IMG/VR virus record: IMGVR_UViG_2563366827_000001
Strand: one strand, 5' to 3'
Source of the DNA: a virus
Taxonomy: Duplodnaviria > Heunggongvirae > Uroviricota > Caudoviricetes
DNA: 16,617 nucleotides
Shown: piece after piece, positions 8,901-16,617 of the stretch
How positions within the stretch are numbered: the first letter of the stretch is position 1
Layout: every line of letters begins with the position of its first letter
The notes under the pieces: model-generated
What the model saw: the letters and a program-made list of their open reading frames with translations, nothing else
Told to the model about the DNA's origin: nothing
Database searches by the model: none
Position numbers and translations under genes: made by a program

Positions 8901-9337
8901 CCACCGTTACGTTGTATCTGAACCAGCAGACGGACTTCCGACGGATTCCTGTCACCCTTTGAGGTGGTTTCCACCAGTGCCTGTACACCGAAGGTAAAGC
9001 GCAGACGGTCGATGTTTGCAGACGTAATGGTGCGGGTGATCGGCGTGTCATATTTCACTTCCGTACCCAGCACCGTCTCGGAGCCGGAGGATTCAAACCC
9101 CTCCGGCGGTGTCTGCTCCTGCTCACCGGCACGGAACACCACCGTGATACCGGAGATGTTGGTATTCCCCTCAGTGTCCAGCACCGGCGTACTGTTCAGC
9201 AGCACGCTTTTTAATCCATCCACCGGACCTTCAACCGGCCCTTCGCTGATGGCATCGATCACACTCAGCAACTGCGTGGACTTCAGGTTGTCCTTCGCTT
9301 CGCGCGGGGTATGCCCCTTACTGCTTCCTTTACCCAT
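5924..9337 (-). CDS. J: Tail tip / host specificity protein J (central tail fiber), 1137 aa
   Basis: N-terminus [34 protein letters not shown]... and most of the length match lambda J as I recall it. The last roughly 130 aa (...[27 protein letters not shown]...[11 protein letters not shown]) look different from my recollection of the lambda J receptor-binding C-terminus. Confidence 0.95.
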   Translation of the reverse strand: MGKGSSKGHTPREAKDNLKSTQLLSVIDAISEGPVEGPVDGLKSVLLNSTPVLDTEGNTNISGITVVFRAGEQEQTPPEGFESSGSETVLGTEVKYDTPITRTITSANIDRLRFTFGVQALVETTSKGDRNPSEVRLLVQIQRNGGWVTEKDITIKGKTTSQYLASVVVDNLPPRPFNIRMRRMTPDSTTDQLQNKTLWSSYTEIIDVKQCYPNTALVGVQVDSEQFGSQQVSRNYHLRGRILQVPSNYNPQTRQYSGIWDGTFKPAYSNNMAWCLWDMLTHPRYGMGKRLGAADVDKWALYVIGQYCDQSVPDGFGGTEPRITCNAYLTTQRKAWDVLSDFCSAMRCMPVWNGQTLTFVQDRPSDKVWTYNRSNVVMPDDGAPFRYSFSALKDRHNAVEVNWIDPNNGWETATELVEDTQAIARYGRNVTKMDAFGCTSRGQAHRAGLWLIKTELLETQTVDFSVGAEGLRHVPGDVIEIFDDDYAGISTGGRVLAVNSQTRTLTLDREITLPSSGTTLISLVDGSGNPVSVEVQSVTDGLKVKVNRVPDGVAEYSVWGLKLPTLRQRLFRCVSIRDNDDGTYAITAVQHVPEKEAIVDNGAHFDGDQSGTVNGVTPPAVQHLTAEVTADSGEYQVLARWDTPKVVKGVSFLLRLTVTADDGSERLVSTARTTETTYRFTQLALGNYRLTVRAVNAWGQQGDPASVSFRIAAPAAPSRIELTPGYFQITATPHLAVYDPTVQFEFWFSEKRITDIRQVETTARYLGTALYWIAASINIKPGHDYYFYIRSVNTVGKSAFVEGVGRASDDAEGYLDFFKGKITESHLGKELLEKVDLTEDNASRLDEFSKEWKDANDKWNAMWGVKIEQTKDGKHYVAGIGLSMEDTEEGKLSQFLVAANRIAFIDPANGNETPMFVAQGNQIFMNDVFLKRLTAPTITSGGSPPVFSLTSDGKLTAKNADISGRVNANAGTLNNVTVNENCTIKGMLEATQVRGDFVKAVSKSFPKQAGTWGNTETPNGTVTVTISDDHNFDRQIIIPPIIFNGIAYSDPGSGNNPGGTRYTGYGFEVRKNGVLIASRETKGAIPGSYSAVIDMPSGGGSVTLEFKIFQKGNQGAGNITDCTVIVTKKAASGISIR

Positions 9338-9360
9338 TCCTCACGCTCCATAAATGACAA

Positions 9361-9378
9361 AACCGCCCGCAGGCGGTT
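9361..9378 (-). terminator. Terminator-like hairpin in the 60-nt I-J intergenic gap (possible attenuator)
   Basis: On the minus strand, AACCGCC-TGCG-GGCGGTT stem-loop followed by TTGTCATTT, then the GAGGA Shine-Dalgarno and the J ATG. Structure seen in sequence; function is inferred. Confidence 0.3.
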
Positions 9379-9397
9379 TCACATAAAACATTTTGCA

Positions 9398-10069
9398 TCA
9401 GCGACCAATCACCACAACCTGACCACCGTCCCCTTCGTCTGCCGTGCTGATCTCCTGAGAAACCACCCGTGACCCCACGCGCATTTCACCATACAGAACA
9501 GGCAGAACATTGCCCTGGGCAACCATGTTATCCAGTGAGGAGAAATAGGTGTTCTGCTTACCGTTATCCGTTGTCTGTGTACGGGGAGTTCTGGCTTTCG
9601 GTGCCAGCATCTGCGCCACACCACCGAGCACCATACTGGCACCGAGAGAAAACAGGATGCCGGTCATACCACCGGCCCCAATGGCTGCCCCCCATGCTGC
9701 AAGGGTGGCTCCGGCGGTAAAGAATGATCCGGCAATGGCGGCAGCCCCCAGGACAATCTGGAATACGCCACCTGACTTGGCCCCGGCGACTCTGGGAACA
9801 ATATGAATCACAGCGCCATCAGGCAGAGTCTCATGTAACTGCGCCGTTAACCCGGACGTGCTGACGTCCCGCCCGGCAATCCGTACCTGATACCAGCCGT
9901 CGCTCAGTTTCTGACGAAACGCCGGGAGCTGTGTGGCCAGTGCCCGGATGGCTTCAGCCCCCGTTTTCACACGAAGGTCGATGCGACGACCAAATCGTTG
10001 TAAATCCCCGTAAAGGCAGATGCGCGCCATGCCCGGTGACGCCAGAGGGAGTGTGTGCGTCGCTGCCAT
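9398..10069 (-). CDS. I: Tail tip assembly protein I (223 aa)
   Basis: 223-aa product MAATHTLPLASPGMARICLYGDLQRFGRRIDLRVKTG... with a hydrophobic glycine-rich segment, same length and position as lambda I. The 5' end overlaps the K 3' end by about 100 nt in a different frame, as in lambda. Confidence 0.9.
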   Translation of the reverse strand: MAATHTLPLASPGMARICLYGDLQRFGRRIDLRVKTGAEAIRALATQLPAFRQKLSDGWYQVRIAGRDVSTSGLTAQLHETLPDGAVIHIVPRVAGAKSGGVFQIVLGAAAIAGSFFTAGATLAAWGAAIGAGGMTGILFSLGASMVLGGVAQMLAPKARTPRTQTTDNGKQNTYFSSLDNMVAQGNVLPVLYGEMRVGSRVVSQEISTADEGDGGQVVVIGR

Positions 10070-10710
10070 TTGTCGGTGTACCTCTCTCGTTTGCTCAGTT
10101 GTTCAGGAATATGGTGCAGCAGCTCGCCGTCGCCGCAGTAAATTGCGGCGTGATTCGGCACCGATGAACCAAAACAGCACAGCAGCACATCGCCCGGCTG
10201 TGCCGCTGACAACGGCACCTGATACAGCCCCGTCGCCTCCAGATTATCCAGATAGAGATTCTGGCCGTTACGCCACCAGTCATCCTCACGATGAAAGTCC
10301 GGCATCTCAATCCCCGCCAGATGATAAGCATCCCGGAACAGTGTGTAACAGTCCGTCACACCGTGCTCAAAGCGCCGCCCGGTGAGATGCGGCACACAGC
10401 GGAACTTATGAATCGTCCCCCGGCAGACCAGCCACCACGGCAAATCACTCTGCACCTGCAGCCGCCGGTCGGCCTCACTCAGCCAGGGCAGACCACCGGG
10501 GTGGCTGTGGACCAGCGCCACAATCTCACCCTGCATTTCTGCCTGCAGCCAGTCTTCCGGCGACATACGGAAATACGCCTCCGGCTCACCGGAGATATTC
10601 ACGCAGGGGAAATATCTTTCCCCCTCCGGCGTGCTTACCACAAAGCCGCACGACTCCGCTGGCGCACATCGCCGGGCGTGCGCCAGAATCGCTGATTCTG
10701 TCTGTGTCAT
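9967..10710 (-). CDS. K: Tail tip assembly protein K (JAB/MPN plus NlpC/P60 domains)
   Basis: Product MTQTESAILAHARRCAPAESCGFVV... contains the JAMM metal-binding motif HSHPGG...SEAD followed by an NlpC/P60-like region with a catalytic Cys (VTDCYTLF). Position between L and I as in lambda. Confidence 0.9.
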   Translation of the reverse strand: MTQTESAILAHARRCAPAESCGFVVSTPEGERYFPCVNISGEPEAYFRMSPEDWLQAEMQGEIVALVHSHPGGLPWLSEADRRLQVQSDLPWWLVCRGTIHKFRCVPHLTGRRFEHGVTDCYTLFRDAYHLAGIEMPDFHREDDWWRNGQNLYLDNLEATGLYQVPLSAAQPGDVLLCCFGSSVPNHAAIYCGDGELLHHIPEQLSKRERYTDKWQRRTHSLWRHRAWRASAFTGIYNDLVVASTFV

Positions 10711-10715
10711 GGGAT

Positions 10716-11414
10716 TTACTGCGAAAGTTTGTTAATGGAAAGGAAGCCGCCAAAGTTGCCGACGTTATTGCGGAACTTACAACCGCTCAGGCATTTGCTG
10801 CATTTATCCTTCGTGATATCGGACGTTGGCTGGTCATATTCATCCGCGACAGCCGGACCGCTATAACCGCACTCGTCACCGCGATAGGTCCAGGTGCAGG
10901 TGTTGGCCAGCATGATACGTCCCGGAAAAACAGCGCCATCCGTTTCCGTCGGCGTGGACAGTACAAAGGAGGCACTCACCGCGCTCAGTTCGCTGCACTG
11001 CTCGATGCGCCAGCGGCTGATCACCTCCTGCTCCGGATCGGCGTCACTGTTTCCGTTGACGAAGTTCACCGCATCCAGAAAACGGGCGTAAACCTTACGC
11101 CGGACCACCGTTCCGCCGACCAGACTCTGCAGATCTTCCGCCATCCCGGTGACCATACCGTACAGGTTAGAAACCGTCAGCGTGGGGCGCGTACTGGTGC
11201 CTTTGCCATTCAGTTCAAAACCGCTCCCCTGAATGGGATACGGCTGATACTGTCGCCCCTGCCAGGTGACCGGCTCACCTTTTTCGTTCTGCTCATTACA
11301 GAAAAAATAACGTTCTCCACCGACCTCTGTCAGGTCGATTTCCCAGAGCACCACGCTGGCCGACTGCTCCGCACGGGTGCATTCATTCAGTGTTTCCTGC
11401 CGGATATCCTGCAT
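10716..11414 (-). CDS. L: Tail tip protein L (232 aa)
   Basis: 232-aa product MQDIRQETLNECTRAEQSASVVLWEIDLTEVGGERYFFCNEQ... with a C-terminal Cys cluster (CTWTYRGDECGYSGP...CSKCLSGC), same length as lambda L. Its start overlaps the M stop. Confidence 0.95.
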   Translation of the reverse strand: MQDIRQETLNECTRAEQSASVVLWEIDLTEVGGERYFFCNEQNEKGEPVTWQGRQYQPYPIQGSGFELNGKGTSTRPTLTVSNLYGMVTGMAEDLQSLVGGTVVRRKVYARFLDAVNFVNGNSDADPEQEVISRWRIEQCSELSAVSASFVLSTPTETDGAVFPGRIMLANTCTWTYRGDECGYSGPAVADEYDQPTSDITKDKCSKCLSGCKFRNNVGNFGGFLSINKLSQ

Positions 11415-11743
11415 CAGTTCACCACCTGTTCAAACTCTGCGCTGAACTCAACACGCAGCATACTGACCCGCGACGACCATTTTGCGCAGGTCACCTTTAT
11501 CTGCCGCCACTCATAAGGCGGCGTCCACAGAAAGGATTTCCAGCCCCCGTGCTCTTCCAGAAACGACTCCAGTACCGTGGCCTCCTCACGGGGGACAGAA
11601 AGCGTCACGCTGTACGTTTTCAGGTTGGCATTCAGCCCGGCAGGCGCTCGCTGGGAATAGCCATCACCAAAGCGCACCTTTCTTACAGAAGGGGCCGAAG
11701 CCACATCCATACCGGGTTTCACTTTCCAGCGGAAGGTTTTCAT
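11414..11743 (-). CDS. M: Tail tip protein M (109 aa)
   Basis: 109-aa product MKTFRWKVKPGMDVASAPSVRKVRFGDGYSQRAPAGLNANLKTYSVTL..., same length and position as lambda M. ATGA start/stop overlap with H. Confidence 0.95.
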   Translation of the reverse strand: MKTFRWKVKPGMDVASAPSVRKVRFGDGYSQRAPAGLNANLKTYSVTLSVPREEATVLESFLEEHGGWKSFLWTPPYEWRQIKVTCAKWSSRVSMLRVEFSAEFEQVVN

Positions 11744-14301
11744 CGTCCACCTCCGGAGAACAGGCCACCATCACGCATCTGTGTCTGAATTTCATCACGG
11801 GCACCCTTGCGGGCCATGTCATACACCGCCTTCAGAGCAGCCGGACCTATCTGCCCGTTCGTGCCGTCGTTGTTAATCACCACATGGTTATTCTGCTCAA
11901 ACGTCCCGGACGCCTGCGACCGGCTGTCAGCCAGACTGCCCGGTGTACCGACATAACCACCGGTGGCATAGCCGCGCATCAGCCGGTAGAGATTCCCCAC
12001 GCCAATCCGGCTGGTTGCCTCCTTCGTGAAGACAAATTCACCACGGTGAACAATCCCCGCTGGCTCATATTTGCCGCCGGTTCCTGTGAATCCTCCGGTT
12101 GCAAAATGGAATTTCGCCGCAGCGGCCTGAATGGCTGTACCGCCTGACGCGGATGCGCCGCCACCAACAGCCCCGCCAATGGCGCTGCCGATACTCCCGA
12201 CAATCCCCACCATTGCCTGCTTAAGCAGAATTTCTGTCATCATGGACAGCACGGAACGGGTGAAGCTGCGCCAGTTCTGCTCACTGCCGGTCAGCATCGC
12301 CGCCATATTCTGCGCAATACCATCAAAGGTCTGCGTGGCTGCACTTTTTACCTGCGACATACTGTCCGTGGCGCTCTCTTCCCACTCACTCCAGCCGGAC
12401 TTCAGGCCTGCCATCCAGCTCCCGCGAAGCTGGTCTTCAGCCGCCCAGGTCTTTTTCTGCTCTGACATGACGTTATTCAGCGCCAGCGGATTATCGCCAT
12501 ACTGTTCCTTCAGGCGCTGTTCCGTGGCTTCCCGTTCTGCCTGCCGGTCAGTCAGCCCCCGGCTTTTCGCATCAATGGCGGCCCGTTTTGCCCGTTGCTG
12601 CTGTGCGAATTTATCCGCCTGCTGCGCCAGCGCGTTCAGGCGCTCCTGATACGTAACCTTGTCGCCAAGTGCAGCCAGCTGGCGTTTGTACTCCAGCGTC
12701 TCATCTTTATGCGCCAGCAGGGATTTCTCCTGTGCAGACAGCTGGCGACGTAGCGCCGCCTCCTCCAGTACCGCGAACTGACTCTCCGCCTTCCACAAAT
12801 CCCGGCGCTGCTGGCTGATTTTCTCATTTGCTCCGGCATGCTTCTCCAGCGTCCGGAGTTCAGCCTGAAGCGTCAGCAGGGCAGCATGAGCACTGTCTTC
12901 CTGACGATCGCCCGCAGACACCTTCACGCCGGACTGTTTCGGCTTTTTCAGCGTCGCTTCATAATCCTTTTTCGCCGCCGCCATCAGCGTGTTGTAATCC
13001 GCCTGCAGGATTTTCCCGTCTTTCAGTGCCTTGTTCAGTTCTTCCTGACGGGCGGTATATTTCTCCAGCAGCGTCTGCAGCCGTTCGTAAGCCTTCTGCG
13101 CCTCTTCGGTATATTTCAGCCGTGACGCTTCGGTATCGCTCTGCTGCTGCGCATTTTTGTCCTGTTGAGTCTGCTGCTCAGCCTTCTTTCGGGCGGCTTC
13201 AAGCGCAAGACGGGCCTTTTCACGATCATCCCAGTAACGCGCCCGCGCTTCATCGTTAACAAAATAATCATCCTTGCGCAGATTCCAGATGTCGTCTGCT
13301 TTCTTAAACGCAGCCTCTGCCTTAATCAGCATCTCCTGCGCGGTATCAGGACGACCAATATCCAGCACCGCATCCCACATGGATTTGAATGCCCGCGCTG
13401 TCCTGTCTGCCCAGGTCTCCAGCGTGCCCATGTTCTCTTTCAGGCGGCGGGTCTGGTCATCAAACCCTTTCGTCGCGGCCTCGTTCGCCGCCTGCAATGC
13501 CCCGGCTTCATCGCCGGAACGCTGCAACTGAGCAACATACGCAATCTGCTCCGCCGTCACGTTATGGAACTGGCGTGCCATCGCTGTCAGCCCTGACGTC
13601 GGGTCTGTGGTCAGCTTCCCGAAGGCTTCAGCGACCTTGTCCACCTCCACGCCGGATGCAGAGGAGAAACGCGCCACACTCTGGCTGATGGACGCAATCT
13701 GAGCCTCACCGCTTACCCCCGCCTTAACCAGTGCGCTGAGTGACTCGCTGGTCTGGTTAAACGTCAGCCCTGCCGCCTGCCCGGCTCTGGACAGGACCAG
13801 CATACGATCTGCCGTCAGTCCCGCCTGATTGCCGGAAAGGACCAGCGTTTTGTTGAAATCGGACAGGGTTGAGTTGCCCTGATACCAGGCATACGCCAGC
13901 GCACCGGTCGCCACCGCCAGCGAGGTGGCCCCCACCATCGGCAGGGTGATCGCACCGGCAATCCCCCTGAACATGGGGATCATCCCGCCGAAGGAGTCCT
14001 TCACCTGCCCCCCCTGTTGCAGCAGGATCAGCCACGGACTTTGCCCGCCTGCAAGCTGCGTGGCCACGTCGGTGAACTGTGCAGGCAGCATACGCATGGC
14101 GGCTTTATACTGCCCGACGGAAATCCCCGCTTTCTGTGCAGCCAGCGCCTGTCGGCTCAGCGACTGTTCAACGACTGCCGCTGTTTTTTTCGCATCACTT
14201 TCCGTACCGGAAAAATGACGCCTGACTCTGGCCATCTGCTCGTCAAATCTGGCCGCATCCAGACTCAAATCAACGACCAGATCGCCTACCGGTTCAGCCA
14301 T
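11740..14301 (-). CDS. H: Tail tape measure protein H (853 aa)
   Basis: 853-aa product, the same length as lambda H, with a long coiled-coil-like central region and a Gly-rich C-terminal part. Begins 8 nt before the end of T, as in lambda. Confidence 0.95.
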   Translation of the reverse strand: MAEPVGDLVVDLSLDAARFDEQMARVRRHFSGTESDAKKTAAVVEQSLSRQALAAQKAGISVGQYKAAMRMLPAQFTDVATQLAGGQSPWLILLQQGGQVKDSFGGMIPMFRGIAGAITLPMVGATSLAVATGALAYAWYQGNSTLSDFNKTLVLSGNQAGLTADRMLVLSRAGQAAGLTFNQTSESLSALVKAGVSGEAQIASISQSVARFSSASGVEVDKVAEAFGKLTTDPTSGLTAMARQFHNVTAEQIAYVAQLQRSGDEAGALQAANEAATKGFDDQTRRLKENMGTLETWADRTARAFKSMWDAVLDIGRPDTAQEMLIKAEAAFKKADDIWNLRKDDYFVNDEARARYWDDREKARLALEAARKKAEQQTQQDKNAQQQSDTEASRLKYTEEAQKAYERLQTLLEKYTARQEELNKALKDGKILQADYNTLMAAAKKDYEATLKKPKQSGVKVSAGDRQEDSAHAALLTLQAELRTLEKHAGANEKISQQRRDLWKAESQFAVLEEAALRRQLSAQEKSLLAHKDETLEYKRQLAALGDKVTYQERLNALAQQADKFAQQQRAKRAAIDAKSRGLTDRQAEREATEQRLKEQYGDNPLALNNVMSEQKKTWAAEDQLRGSWMAGLKSGWSEWEESATDSMSQVKSAATQTFDGIAQNMAAMLTGSEQNWRSFTRSVLSMMTEILLKQAMVGIVGSIGSAIGGAVGGGASASGGTAIQAAAAKFHFATGGFTGTGGKYEPAGIVHRGEFVFTKEATSRIGVGNLYRLMRGYATGGYVGTPGSLADSRSQASGTFEQNNHVVINNDGTNGQIGPAALKAVYDMARKGARDEIQTQMRDGGLFSGGGR

Positions 14302-14728
14302 ACCGGACTCCTCCTGCGATCCCTTCTGATACTGTCATCAGCATTACGTCATCCTCCGTCATGTCCGCCACATCCGGGGAAGCGGGGATAACTTCATTCC
14401 CGTCCGGGCCAAAACGGACGCCTCCGGCAAGCCCTGCCGCTTTCTGCATCAGCACATCATCTTCAGGCTCTTCGTCAGCCTCGCGCCGGTTCAGCAGACT
14501 GAAATCCAGCGGATGCATATCCGGATCGCTGAAAAACAGGCTGAGCACGGTGTACGTCAGCCCGGAAAAGTGCATATCCAGCAGAACATCATGAAAATAA
14601 TGGGTACTGTAAAAGCGGTGCCAGTCGGCATACTCCGTGGATGACATCCCGGCAAGCATGGCACGCCAGTCGGGTCGCCCCATCTCACGCGCCAGTTTCA
14701 GGGCAAAACTCAGCTCACCGTCGAACAC
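14294..14728 (-). CDS. T: T portion of the G-T tail assembly chaperone (expressed only as a G-T fusion via -1 frameshift)
   Basis: Reading frame ...VFDGELSFALKLAREMGRPDWRAMLAGMSSTEYADWHRF... continues in the -1 frame from the slippery site at the end of G. The track ORF start at 14728 is a GTG inside the slippery site, not a true initiation codon. Confidence 0.85.
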   Translation of the reverse strand: MFDGELSFALKLAREMGRPDWRAMLAGMSSTEYADWHRFYSTHYFHDVLLDMHFSGLTYTVLSLFFSDPDMHPLDFSLLNRREADEEPEDDVLMQKAAGLAGGVRFGPDGNEVIPASPDVADMTEDDVMLMTVSEGIAGGVRYG

Positions 14729-15132
14729 TTTCCCGCAGAAACAGGCTCTGCGGGCCCGGCGTCCTCTGTCTGTTCAGGGGCATTATTCACAACAAACTCA
14801 TACATACCAGACAGCCGGTACACCACGTTTTCAGCATGAGAAATTGCCTCCGTGGGCCAGGTGGTAAGCACTTCCTGCTCAATCTGTTTAACGGCTTCAT
14901 TCATGGACGGCATCTGCGTCTTCTGCGGATGGTTATGCCACAGGGACATCGCCACCAGAAACGCGCCGGTTCTGATGGCGTCTTCCACAGTAAACTTCCG
15001 GTTGCTGTCTGACTCCGCCTGTTCTGCCTGCCGTTTCATCAGGGCGAGATGCTCAATACGCTGCAGGGCTGACAGTTCAGAAAGCGTGACGGTCACGCCG
15101 TTATGTTCAAATGATTCGGTTTTCAGGAACAT
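14710..15132 (-). CDS. G: Tail assembly chaperone G (140 aa)
   Basis: 140-aa product MFLKTESFEHNGVTVTLSELSALQRIEHLALMKRQAEQ... ending ...PVSAGKCSTVS directly after the slippery site. Lies between V and T. Confidence 0.9.
   Translation of the reverse strand: MFLKTESFEHNGVTVTLSELSALQRIEHLALMKRQAEQAESDSNRKFTVEDAIRTGAFLVAMSLWHNHPQKTQMPSMNEAVKQIEQEVLTTWPTEAISHAENVVYRLSGMYEFVVNNAPEQTEDAGPAEPVSAGKCSTVS
14728..14734 (-). promoter_or_regulatory. Programmed -1 ribosomal frameshift slippery heptamer GGGAAAG (G to G-T)
   Basis: The minus strand reads GCG GGA AAG TGT TCG ACG GTG AGC TGA in the G frame. Shifting -1 at G GGA AAG gives GGG AAA GTG TTC GAC..., which is the T reading frame. Same heptamer as the lambda G/T frameshift. 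Confidence 0.8.
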
Positions 15133-15147
15133 CGCTGACTCTCCTGA

Positions 15148-15888
15148 TTAACTGTCGGTGACAGTGATTTCTGCAACCGCAGCAAGTTCACCATTACCGG
15201 ATACAACCGGAATGTTGACCTTACCTGCAGCAACGCCTTTCACGGTGATGGTCATACCACTGACCGACACGGTGGCTTTTGTTTTATCCGCTGACACCGC
15301 ACGGAAGCTCTTGTCAGTTGCGCCCTCCGGCTGGAATGCCACGGTCAGCGTGGTGCTCTGCCCTTTCACCACCGAGGAGCTGGCAGGCGTCACAGTCATA
15401 CCGGTTGCCGCCGTCACCGTACTGCGATCTTCTGCCATTGACGGACGGCCCACATTGGTGACCTTCACCGTACGGGTGATCACTTCCTTCGCCGTCACCG
15501 CCTTACCGATACTGCTGACCCAGCCACGGAACACATCGACCGTGCCGTTCGGGAAGCGGATTTTATAGGCACGGGTATCACCTTCATTAAACCACGCCAG
15601 CAGCGCCTGCTGCCCCTGCTCTCCGGGCATCCACGCCAGCGTGAAGCTGGTATCTCCGGCGGATTTCTGCCCCTGCCCGGTCGCGGTCCAGTCCGCATCT
15701 TCATCATCGAGATAACTGTCGTCATAGGACTCAGCGGTCAGTTCGCCGGGCGTCAGGTCTTTAACTTTAGCCAGACGCGACCAGTCAACGTCTGAAAGCG
15801 GGTTCGCATAAGGGTCGCTGCTCCCGTTATAAACCCACAGGGTGGTCCCGGCACCTTTCACCGGTATTGCTGGATTTGGTACAGGCAT
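15148..15888 (-). CDS. V: Major tail protein V (246 aa)
   Basis: Product [57 protein letters not shown]... matches lambda V, including a C-terminal Ig-like region. I place the start at ATG 15886-15888, which has a GAGGA Shine-Dalgarno, rather than the upstream in-frame start used by the ORF track (15918). Confidence 0.9.
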   Translation of the reverse strand: MPVPNPAIPVKGAGTTLWVYNGSSDPYANPLSDVDWSRLAKVKDLTPGELTAESYDDSYLDDEDADWTATGQGQKSAGDTSFTLAWMPGEQGQQALLAWFNEGDTRAYKIRFPNGTVDVFRGWVSSIGKAVTAKEVITRTVKVTNVGRPSMAEDRSTVTAATGMTVTPASSSVVKGQSTTLTVAFQPEGATDKSFRAVSADKTKATVSVSGMTITVKGVAAGKVNIPVVSGNGELAAVAEITVTDS

Positions 15889-15895
15889 ATCGTCC

Positions 15896-16291
15896 TCACA
15901 TTTCATAGGTAATGACATAAGTCAGATCGGCAGAACTCCACAGGCCCGCATCATCGTCGCGCCGGTAGTCATAGCCACTGGCCACCATACTGGTGAGCAA
16001 ATCTGACAGTGCCGGGATATCGCTCATCACCGGATAAATCCGGGACTCCATCCACGAATCCAGCTCTGAATCCGGTACCTGAGCAGGCAGGAAAACTTCG
16101 ATATGCAGCTCCGCCTGCCAGGTATCGCTGTCCAGCTCTTCGCCCGTGTATTCAGCGCCGGTGAGATAAACGGCAACTGCCGGAAAATCCGCCTCATCAA
16201 AAACAGCGGGGCGACCATCAAAAAACGTCGCCCCGGTGTCATGCTTCTCCAGTGCATCCAGTACGGCTGCACGGAGTTCAGTATGTTTCAT
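15896..16291 (-). CDS. U: Tail terminator protein U (131 aa)
   Basis: 131-aa product [54 protein letters not shown]..., same length as lambda U. ATGA overlap with the Z stop. Confidence 0.95.
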   Translation of the reverse strand: MKHTELRAAVLDALEKHDTGATFFDGRPAVFDEADFPAVAVYLTGAEYTGEELDSDTWQAELHIEVFLPAQVPDSELDSWMESRIYPVMSDIPALSDLLTSMVASGYDYRRDDDAGLWSSADLTYVITYEM

Positions 16292-16617
16292 CGCTTTATT
16301 ACCATCCTCAGTTGATGCTGCAGCGCATAGCCCAGCTCTTTCGGAAGACGTTCACGCCGTATCCGCTCAATATTTTGTTTAAACGCCGTGGTCAGCGGCA
16401 CCGCCATCGGGATTTTCACCACATCAATGGGGTAACGGTTTTTCCCGGCCACACGCTGCATGACATGCCACCGGCCATTTTTCAGTTGCTGAATAAACGC
16501 GCCGGGAATACGACGGTTTCCCACCACAAGCACGCTGCCGCCACCTTTCAGGGCTGAACGCTGCCCCTTTTTACGACGCCTGCGTCGGGACAGGACAATC
16601 CGCGCGTTACCCAGCTT
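16288..16617 (-). CDS. Z: Tail completion protein Z, C-terminal part (5' end beyond the window)
   Basis: The reading frame stays open to the window edge and translates ...KLGNARIVLSRRRRRKKGQRSALKGGGSVLVVGNRRIPGAFIQQLKNGRWHVMQRVAGKNRYPIDVVKIPMAVPL..., matching the C-terminal half of lambda Z. The track ORF start at 16533 is an internal GTG. Confidence 0.9.
   Translation of the reverse strand, partial: KLGNARIVLSRRRRRKKGQRSALKGGGSVLVVGNRRIPGAFIQQLKNGRWHVMQRVAGKNRYPIDVVKIPMAVPLTTAFKQNIERIRRERLPKELGYALQHQLRMVIKR

Noticed and set aside
10704-14218. Multiple plus-strand ORFs of 60-270 aa opposite L, M and H (for example 10704-11516, 11482-12147, 12131-12649, 12828-13259)
   Set aside because: All are antisense to well-supported lambda tail genes, with low-complexity composition and no homology signal.

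Overview
This window is the tail-gene half of a lambda-like (lambdoid) prophage, with no CRISPR array, rRNA or tRNA gene and no convincing multi-gene novel system. All phage genes are on the minus strand, in lambda order reading right to left: Z (3' part, runs off the window end), U, V, G, G-T (with the GGGAAAG -1 frameshift site), H tape measure, M, L, K, I, J, lom, stf, tfa. Gene lengths and the overlaps/gaps between them match what I recall for lambda. To the left of tfa is an accessory (moron) region: an intact, visibly AT-rich 222-aa ORF with a class I SAM-methyltransferase motif on the plus strand, flanked by two direct copies of a tfa 3'-end segment. The left copy is a 5'-truncated tfa remnant. 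This tfa / methyltransferase / tfa-fragment layout resembles what I recall at the DLP12 prophage end in E. coli K-12 (tfaD-ybcY-tfaX), so it is a known but functionally uncharacterised arrangement rather than a new system. The far left 238 bp is the right end of an IS3 element (transposase OrfB C-terminus plus terminal inverted repeat), followed by about 300 bp with no convincing ORF. The most interesting items are the methyltransferase cassette with its repeat/hairpin architecture, the orphan segment next to IS3, and the variable receptor-binding ends of J and Stf. All identifications are from reading the translations and from memory of lambda and IS3 sequences; nothing was searched against a database.
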